This document shows, piece after piece, positions 56,457-64,000 of a stretch of 64,000 nucleotides of DNA. A program made the position numbers and the translations under genes. The number at the start of each line of letters is the position of its first letter. Positions within the stretch are counted from its first letter, which is position 1. Location of the stretch: positions 1,240,001 to 1,304,000 of the forward strand of contig JBLDXI010000026.1 in assembly GCA_047495785.1 (NCBI GenBank), in the 5' to 3' direction. Source of the stretch: Lepidodermella squamata (lineage: Eukaryota > Animalia > Gastrotricha). The notes beneath the pieces are model-generated. The model saw only the letters and a program-made list of their open reading frames with translations, made no database searches and had not been told where the DNA came from.

Positions 56457-57377
56457 ATGTCTTCCAAAATGAAATCACTCCACTGCGTTGTCGATATAGA
56501 CCTGTCGGCCATCACATGTCCAGGAGTGTGGCTGCCGAGGAGGCAAGAAGTTTACATTAGTATCTGCTTCTTAGGGCAGTATCGAAGAACTTGTCTGGTT
56601 TCTCCGACCTTTCCCTTGATATTTCGCGAGAGTTTACGATTTGAGAAAACATTTTATGACGTTAGAGATCCATCTCACGTTTGTCGGCTATTGGAGGGTC
56701 AACATGTCTTGATTGAATTGATTCAATTATCTCCCTTGCATGACGAAGGAATACTTCTGGGTTTCTATGAGGCTAACGCACGGACCTTCCTTTTCCCACC
56801 TCACGTAACTGATGGTAATGGGATAAACCGATTTTTGCTTTTCGAAAAGACGAACGATTTTCCTGCAAACGGCATCTCTCCTCGCCTGGAATTTAGAACT
56901 TTTACTGCAATGAAAGACGCTGTGGATTTTTTACCGGAGACTGTGCGCCGCACTCAGCGCTCTCAACCTCGCGGCTATCAGAAGCCAACCTTCTCTTCCG
57001 CCGTCCGCGCCATGGAAATTGCTCAAATTCAAGAAGGAAAGCCTACATTCGCTTTGAGGCGAGTAAATGCCAACTTGATTGGTAGAACTCCAGGCGCAGA
57101 GCCACAACAATCATACGCCAGAGGAAGACGTCGACGACCCCCTTCTGCCGCTCCTTTATCGCCCTACACGCGCTATTCTGAATTTCCAATCGAACCTGAA
57201 GTTGAAGCGTATACACCTAGATATGACGATTCGCTTTTGCGTCGCAGCCTATCTGTCCCTCGTTTATACGACTGGGAACCTTACCCTATCGGTTGCTCAC
57301 CTCCTCCTCCACCATTTCCTTATGATTCCATTGATCTATTAGCTCGTGATTTGGAACGATCAAACCTCAGATATTGA
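56457..57377 (+). CDS. SPATA6: Spermatogenesis-associated protein 6 family, intronless
   Basis: AITCPGVWL..EVYISICFLGQY..T...PTFPLIF.E..RFEKTF and GISPRLEF match the SPATA6 N-terminal domain. Confidence 0.88.
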   Translation: MSSKMKSLHCVVDIDLSAITCPGVWLPRRQEVYISICFLGQYRRTCLVSPTFPLIFRESLRFEKTFYDVRDPSHVCRLLEGQHVLIELIQLSPLHDEGILLGFYEANARTFLFPPHVTDGNGINRFLLFEKTNDFPANGISPRLEFRTFTAMKDAVDFLPETVRRTQRSQPRGYQKPTFSSAVRAMEIAQIQEGKPTFALRRVNANLIGRTPGAEPQQSYARGRRRRPPSAAPLSPYTRYSEFPIEPEVEAYTPRYDDSLLRRSLSVPRLYDWEPYPIGCSPPPPPFPYDSIDLLARDLERSNLRY

Positions 57378-57714
57378 CGTGAAATGCTAAATTATTATTG
57401 TATTTCTGCGCAGCATAGATAACATATGGCTGCACCAGTCGTCCTGTTTCGCTTTTCAAAAGTATTGCTGCATTGCAGAAAATTTTATCATAGAATTCAT
57501 ATATATTATATATATTTTATCGTACCTCTCCTCTGCTTTGGTGTGCCATGCGTCACTTCTGCCAACGACGTTTTAGAATGTTTTTTACTGTCTGTGCACT
57601 TTTCTTGACCTACACTTGCATTTTCGAGGATTGATGGTGATAGTATTTCAATAAATTGATTAAACTGCAAAATGTTTCTTCAAATTCTTAGGCGCTTTAC
57701 TTAAGGCTTCTGAC

Positions 57715-60700
57715 ATGGCTTCAAGTTACACCGAAGCTGCCGAATCTAAGCGTAAGTTATTTACCTTTCATCAGATAACTTGCGCAACTGCTCAATAATT
57801 CAGAGATCGCAATGGTTGCACCTATGCAGCTGCAAGAAGCAAGAAAGCAGAGAGCTGGCGCAGTTGATTGCTTTCTGCCCGATGAAGTCATTAAAGCTCT
57901 TAAACCAGCACCACAGCTACCGAGAGCAAAAACGTTTCATTCTGATGAAGTATGTCCATTGGACGATATATTGTCTCTTGCTGTACAAATCTTTTTACTA
58001 GAATCAGATGGCACTCGCCGTTGCTCCATCTTCCCGCCCTCCCGCTAGCTTATGGTTCTATCCAAGCCAACGCAAGCGTTTCAAGCACCTACTCGCAGAC
58101 ACGATATGTGCATGCGGAGCCGGAAAGTATGTTTCCCTTGGTATTTTGTAAGTTTTTACTAGCTCTTATTTTGCAGGGATATTTCATTTCTTTACGATTC
58201 GGCTACTCTCAAACCAGTAACGCGGTTGGATGGGTTGAATGAAGACCTTGCTATCAAGGATAAGAGTGACCCCAGCGCTGTCAGGAAAGACTTGGTTCAG
58301 AAAAAGAAATCGCGCGAAAAGCTGCCTCCCGTCGTATCAGCCGAGGAAATGCAACTGGTGCAAAATCTAGGCGTGGTTTCTCTCGACGTCAAGCAACAGG
58401 GACCTGCTGGCTTAGCTGTTGCTGAACACATGCGCCACCCAGCCTTGCTCCCGGCCATGGGACCAACAAGTCGCGAGCAGGCAAAACAGCTGAGAATCAC
58501 CTTGGAAAACCTTCTGGCTAAAATTGGCTTCGGCGAGGAAAGCGAGCAGCCGACTCAGATGCACCACCTTCTCGAGCTGATAAAGCAGGAGCAGGATGTT
58601 TATAATACAGTTTTCCATGAGCTGATTCGTCAAGTTACGGTCGATTGCTTTGAACGCGGAGAGCTGCTATCCGCTCTTCGAGAGAAATACAACGGCTTGA
58701 TAAATCGAATCCCGAAGCAGGTTCTCAGTTTACATCACGAACTGGTCGCACAACGTGCCCTAGATCGCCGGCTAGTTGAAGAATTAGCTCGATTTCAGGC
58801 GACGGTAACGATGCTAACGAAAGACCTCGAACGCGCGAGGTCTCACGACAAACTCGTCACAGAGCAGGCGAAACAAATGGAAAAAGAATTGAGAACCGCG
58901 CTGCGTCAATCAGAGCGGACCGACGAATTAGTCGGCCAATTTCGACAGCTGTACGAGCTGCAACGAAGTCGCCTTGAATCTCGCGTGGTTTCACTTATCG
59001 AGGAGCGCGATAACTGGGTTAATATGGCGTATTTAATGGCTGCTAAAGTCGTTGACGCAAACGGCTTAGCGGCGGCTAGAAATGCCTTACAAACCGAACG
59101 ATCTTGGAGTACGATGGCTCAACACTTCGCCGCAGTTCTGTCTGACCGAGATGCGGATTGCTTGCTGAAAATCGCAAATTACGTTCAAAAGTAAGAATTT
59201 TTAGGTCGATTTTTCGTGGATTCATTCAATTTTGTCAATAGGGTTCAAACTGAATGCAACTTTTTGTCAGCCAATGCAGCGAATGAAAGTGAAATTGTGA
59301 AGACTAAATTGACTACGCTGAGAGCCTCAATGGCTCGCATGGCCACTCGGCCCATCATTATTCAAGGCCCCGTCACGAATAATACAAACCAAACCCCGCA
59401 GACTAAGAAAACATCTCGAGAAACCGCAAATGGCCCTATTGATTCTGATGTGTTCATGGACCGAGTTCGCCGTTGGACCCAGGTTGTTTCCGAGTTGAGT
59501 GAGCTCATGTCGGGCGATGCTTTACTAGTAAAACGGCAACGAGTTGACGGATGCAAGAAAAATTTCAGCGAATGCCGCGAGTTAGCCCTGCTGTTATACC
59601 GCTTCCACAAGTCAGCCGACGGGTCGGACTTACCAAGTCGAGCTATTATGTCAAAAATCACCCGAGAATTACCAGTTTGGTTGGAAGCTATGTTCGTCCG
59701 AATGTCCGGCGATGCGGGTTTAGGCGCGGCGTTAGCTCGTTACGCGCGAGAAATGGATCTATGGCTGGTCAGCGCTACGTCTCAAGGCCCTGATCTAGCC
59801 AGAATTCCAGGTTCAATTCAAACCTGGATCCGGCGAACAATTGAATGTCTCGATCTATTTGAAGCAACCTTAAAGGTCAAAACAATCAATTTGAACGATA
59901 TAGTGAATGATATTGATAACTGGCTGACTGCGTTGAATAACGAAATCGGCGGGGATAATTCGGTCATTTCAGACCGTTCGAGGGAGATTCACCAGACTTG
60001 GCTGCAATGGCTTGCCCAGGCGTTGGTGCGACTGGTGCCTGAAAATCCGACCATGTCGAACGATCAAATCGATCGAGCTCAAAAGTTCATGCTACCAGTT
60101 GAGACCGTCTACCGAACTGCTGTTAACCTCGGCCGAGGGGTTGATGCTTTCACGGAGTTGGTCACCGTGTGCCTTCGAGATCGAATTTCGGATGATTACG
60201 AAGATTCTGAGGCGTTGACGCAGCTGAAGGTCGACGCGCATGCGTGGTTAGGCGCGACGTGGGAACTTCTCGTGCAACTCATGCCGCAAAACGAGCCGCC
60301 ACAGGTTCATCGATGGGCGGCTTCAACGCTGCCCCTGCCGCGGCTAAGATCCGCGATTAACACGCGCGCGTTCGAGGAGATACCCGAATCCGACCAGCTC
60401 TACTACGCCGCGGCTGAAAAGCAGCAAACCGACGAGGAAATGGACAAAATTGACGAGGAAGACAGCGATGAAGAAGGCGCGTTGCTGCGACCTGGCCCGC
60501 CGAAGGCGGCGTCTAAGCCTGAGGAGAGCCGGTCGCAGTCACAGGCTCAAGTCGAGGTACCTATTGAGAGTGTTCAGAATGAGCAAGTTACCTGGGTCAC
60601 TGAGGATGGAGCTTTGATGGCGTACCAACCCGAGGCCCCGCCGGAATCGCGCCAACATCTATCCACCTTAACGCCTGGGTTAAACGCCTTCCTACCCGAT

Positions 60701-61593
60701 ACGCAGCGGGCTGCCTCGGCGATTCCGATTGTTGAAACGCTTCAGGAGCAGCTTCAAGCTGCGGAAGAGCGGTGCCGTGAATTGGAGATTCGAGCGAGAA
60801 AGGCCGAACATAGCTTGGGTGAATTGGAGGATAAGCTTAGATTGCTCGAAAAGGGACCACCGTTGCCCGAGGGCCAAGAATGGCGACTTAATGAAGACCC
60901 GGCATTTGCTGCAATTTTCGAAAAGGTTCGTCAATTTTCTGAAAATTGAGCGAAAGAGCTGAAATTAGGCGAAAAATGTGGTTGCTAGGCGAATGTGCTA
61001 ATTATGTGAATGTTATATAGCTCGTCACCCTCGATAAAAAGTTGAAAGCCGGGAAACTTGTAAGCGATTTTGCGTTTAAACTCAGCCTTCAACTTGACAC
61101 ATCTTTTTCCAACTTTCCTTTTCCTATCTATTCAACAAGTCTTTGCTCGACGAAGAACGAGACAGCGTAAATGATCGATTTCCCTGTTGTCATCTTTTGA
61201 TTTTTCTTTCCGTGAAACTAATTACAAGCACGAAATTTTTACTGGAAAAAACCAATTACCTAAAGCGATTAATTTGTTTAATTGACATGTGACTGACTTG
61301 ATCTGATTTTATTTCAACTCACGAATTTCTCTTTCAGTTACATTAATGGCGTTTACCCTGTCTTTATTCGTGGAACAAAATTAATTTAGTGCTAAATTGT
61401 TTTTGTTTTTGTCTTACAGTTATCGAGTGGGGATGTCACGCTCAACATACCTCAGACAGGCGGAGCAACAGGACCTGCGTCACCCTCGGCTCACAACACC
61501 GGAGCGGGTGCTGGAAAGGCGCAAAGTTCGGCCCGAAAGGTGCCAGCTACACCTGGCCGAGCCCCAGCTGCGACGAAAGGAAAGAAAAAATAA
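57715..61593 (+). CDS. AXDND1: Axonemal dynein light chain domain-containing protein 1 (several short 5' exons; main exons ~58177-59190, ~59242-60925, 61420-61593)
   Basis: EQDVYNTVFHELIRQVTVDCFERGELLSALREKY and AQRALDRRL..EL..F are AXDND1 motifs, followed by long coiled coils. The last exon LSSGDV...KGKKK* is inferred from a phase-0 donor at 60926 and an acceptor at 61419. 5' exon boundaries are approximate. Confidence 0.8.
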
Positions 61594-62170
61594 TCGGACA
61601 GCCAATTTTTTTTATTTTTTGTTGTTGTTTTTTCCTATAATACTACTCAACTAATTTTGCCAAATTTATGAAAATCATGCCAAAGTAATGACATCTCGAG
61701 CCAACAGAGAATTTTTCCTATTTTTGTGTTGAATTTATTTTTGCAACATTACTTTGCCTTTCGAAGCTGAAATGTCGATAATATGATAAAAAAATAAAAC
61801 ATCTGTGATTTGAGCGAAATGTATTACATATATCCCACGTGTTTTTTTTCGAGGGATTGCCACGCCTCACTCTCAAAAAATAATCGACTGAATCAGTGTC
61901 CACCGGCCGGGCGCTGTGGGATCACACGCAAATTGACAATTACAACATCGGCGGGAAGAAGTCCTCGATGAACCCGTAAATGCATTTGACGACAAAAATA
62001 CGCTTCCCCCGCTCGGAAAAAAAACCGTGCTAATAATTTATTCAATCAACCAAATCAATACAACGTCATCGTTGACTCCCGCTGAAATTGAGTTAGCAAT
62101 TCTAGCAGACGGCGATCATCTTATATTTTGATATTTTTATTTCTCGATCTGTTGATAAATCTTACTCGCC

Positions 62171-62569
62171 ATGAAACTGGTCGTTATCATAGTAATTTTC
62201 GCAGCCGTAACTGTTAGTGTTCAGGCCTGGAAAGTGGCCATGGATATGAAATCAGCCGATGAGAAAATCAACGTACTTCTCAGCCAAATGCCTCCAGAAG
62301 AAGCAGCAGGCGCGTTGAAGAAAGCTTGCGAGGCCTGTTTCCTGCCGGTGAGTCACTCACTACCTCTGACTCTCGCTGAAAAAATGCACCAATTTTCACG
62401 TTTTTCTTTTAAGGATCAACCAAAATTAGCTGAAGTGTGTCAGAGGCAGAAACCGGCGGCTCAGATTAGAATTCTGCGCAGCAAATGCCGCAAAAACGCT
62501 GGGCTAATTCGAGCGAAATTGCTGGAGAAAAATGTCTCCCAACCAACCACCACGTCATCGAATGCTTAA
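62171..62569 (+). CDS. Small secreted protein of unknown family (likely in-frame intron 62348-62413)
   Basis: Signal peptide MKLVVIIVIFAAVTVSVQA, four Cys, a GTGAGT donor and TTTTAAG acceptor, and a downstream AATAAA. Confidence 0.65.
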   Translation: MKLVVIIVIFAAVTVSVQAWKVAMDMKSADEKINVLLSQMPPEEAAGALKKACEACFLPVSHSLPLTLAEKMHQFSRFSFKDQPKLAEVCQRQKPAAQIRILRSKCRKNAGLIRAKLLEKNVSQPTTTSSNA

Positions 62570-63908
62570 TTTTAGCTTTGCAAAACTTATTCTGCCTTTT
62601 ATATGTAACTTTGTTTTTGTTTATATTGTTGTGAATTAATCTTTCGATTATGGCCGCAAATTTTGATTATAAGGCGGTGGTTTTCAGCGATGAAAAGTTG
62701 TTTTTAATAAATAATACGGCTATATAGGTACGGATAATAGAACTTTGTCGCAGCTCTATTCTTCAATCTTTTCGCTAACCAACGCGCCTCAATAGCATTT
62801 ATTGTTCTGTATGATTGAGTTATGAACAACAGACGTCCAAAACGCTATTAATATACAGGCGCGATATTTCAAAACTTGGGTATAAAAATGATTGAAATAA
62901 GGGAACGTTTTTTGCGCTGATTTCATAACCAAGCGTGATAGGGTGACTTCGACATTCCGGGAAAAAAATCGTGCGAAAAATTCACGTGTCATTTTGCGGT
63001 GTTAATTATCCATTTCCATTAATAGGTATCTCAAAATTATTCCATGGAGCATGGCAATCAGAATTAAATGACACATGTCACGTTTTTTTTACCTGCAAAA
63101 TTGCTATATTGCTCTCATCGACCTTTCTATGGCGCCTGGATTCAAACGCTTTTAACGGTATTGAAAAGGAGGCACTACCTCTTTGCAGCGTAAAAAGATC
63201 GAACGAGTCTATTATCGTTGTTATAATACTATTCCGGTGCAAAGCGTCACTTGATAAGCCCTCGGATTTATCGGCGACACTTGGTTAAAAAAACGAACAT
63301 ATTGATTGCTATTCCGATTCATAAATTATTACCGAAAAAAAACGCGCCATTTCGGGATGAAACGTCTGTGCAATTAAGCCGGCTAGTCGCGCTTAGCAAT
63401 TATGTACGCCATAGAGGCGACTCACTGCCCACCTGATGACGTCCGCAATTTTACTGCTATCAAACGCAGGACGGTTTTTTGACCGTTTTGGAGCGCGCTC
63501 GCGATTTTTATCACCGCGCGCAGATCACTCGCGCAGATATAGCATTTTTTTCTTGCGCGATGTCTACTGGCGTAATAATATTTGTTGTCAACAAGCGCCA
63601 TCGCTGTGATTTGTCGTATAAATTATCAGGTGACACTAGTCACTAGACATTGTTTTTGTTTTGCTCCAGTTTTCTTCGTGGACAATCAGCCGATGTAAGA
63701 AATCGTTGCGAATCTTGTTTACAACCGTCTCGTACGAAAAGCTCGTTAATTACTTTCCAGGCTTCTTTCGCGTCCTACACTTTAGCATGATTGGCTTCTC
63801 AGGTTTAAGGTCTCCCTCGAGTAATTATCCTGCACTCAATTTGTCTAATTCAGTGTTCAGTTCAAAATTCTACTGCTATATTATTTTTAGACTTAAAACG
63901 TATTGAAA

Positions 63909-64000
63909 ATGTTTGCAGTTACCATAATCTTCTTCGCTCTGGCCCTTGTTTCCCAAATCTCAGCCTCAAGCGCACCGTGTAAACACCAACCGGGTAAAGC
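63909..64000 (+). CDS. 5' end of a probable secreted protein, truncated by the window edge
   Basis: MFAVTIIFFALALVSQISASSAPCKHQP is signal-peptide-like and is preceded by an unpaired TTTTTAG acceptor. Confidence 0.5.
   Translation, partial: MFAVTIIFFALALVSQISASSAPCKHQPGK

Overview
This is compact, AT-rich animal genomic DNA with mostly ~50-130 nt GT-AG introns; the species cannot be determined from the sequence. From left to right: a multi-copy DH44/CRF/ELH-like neuropeptide precursor; a tandem array of five intronless GABA-B-like class C GPCR genes (one frameshifted); and two paralogous secreted 8-Cys peptide genes. Next is a very tightly packed minus-strand run FIBP-TRUB2-RPAP2-POLE3 (61-90 nt spacers with unpaired splice acceptors, operon-like). 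A divergently oriented plus-strand run follows: AIFM3-like pseudogene, AIFM3-like, ALKBH8 and three diverged tandem SNAPC4 (SNAP190) paralogs. The window ends with two Flower/CACFD1 paralogs, SPATA6, AXDND1 and two small secreted-protein genes. Transposon relics (piggyBac, CR1/L2-type LINE, TA-flanked MITE, EnSpm-like) and a perfect 46-bp hairpin sit in the few long introns. The most notable items are the SNAPC4 triplication within an apparently trans-spliced, operonic context, and the orphan receptor array flanked on both sides by secreted peptide genes. All exon structures were inferred by eye from splice signals, frame continuity and recalled family motifs; no database searches were run.
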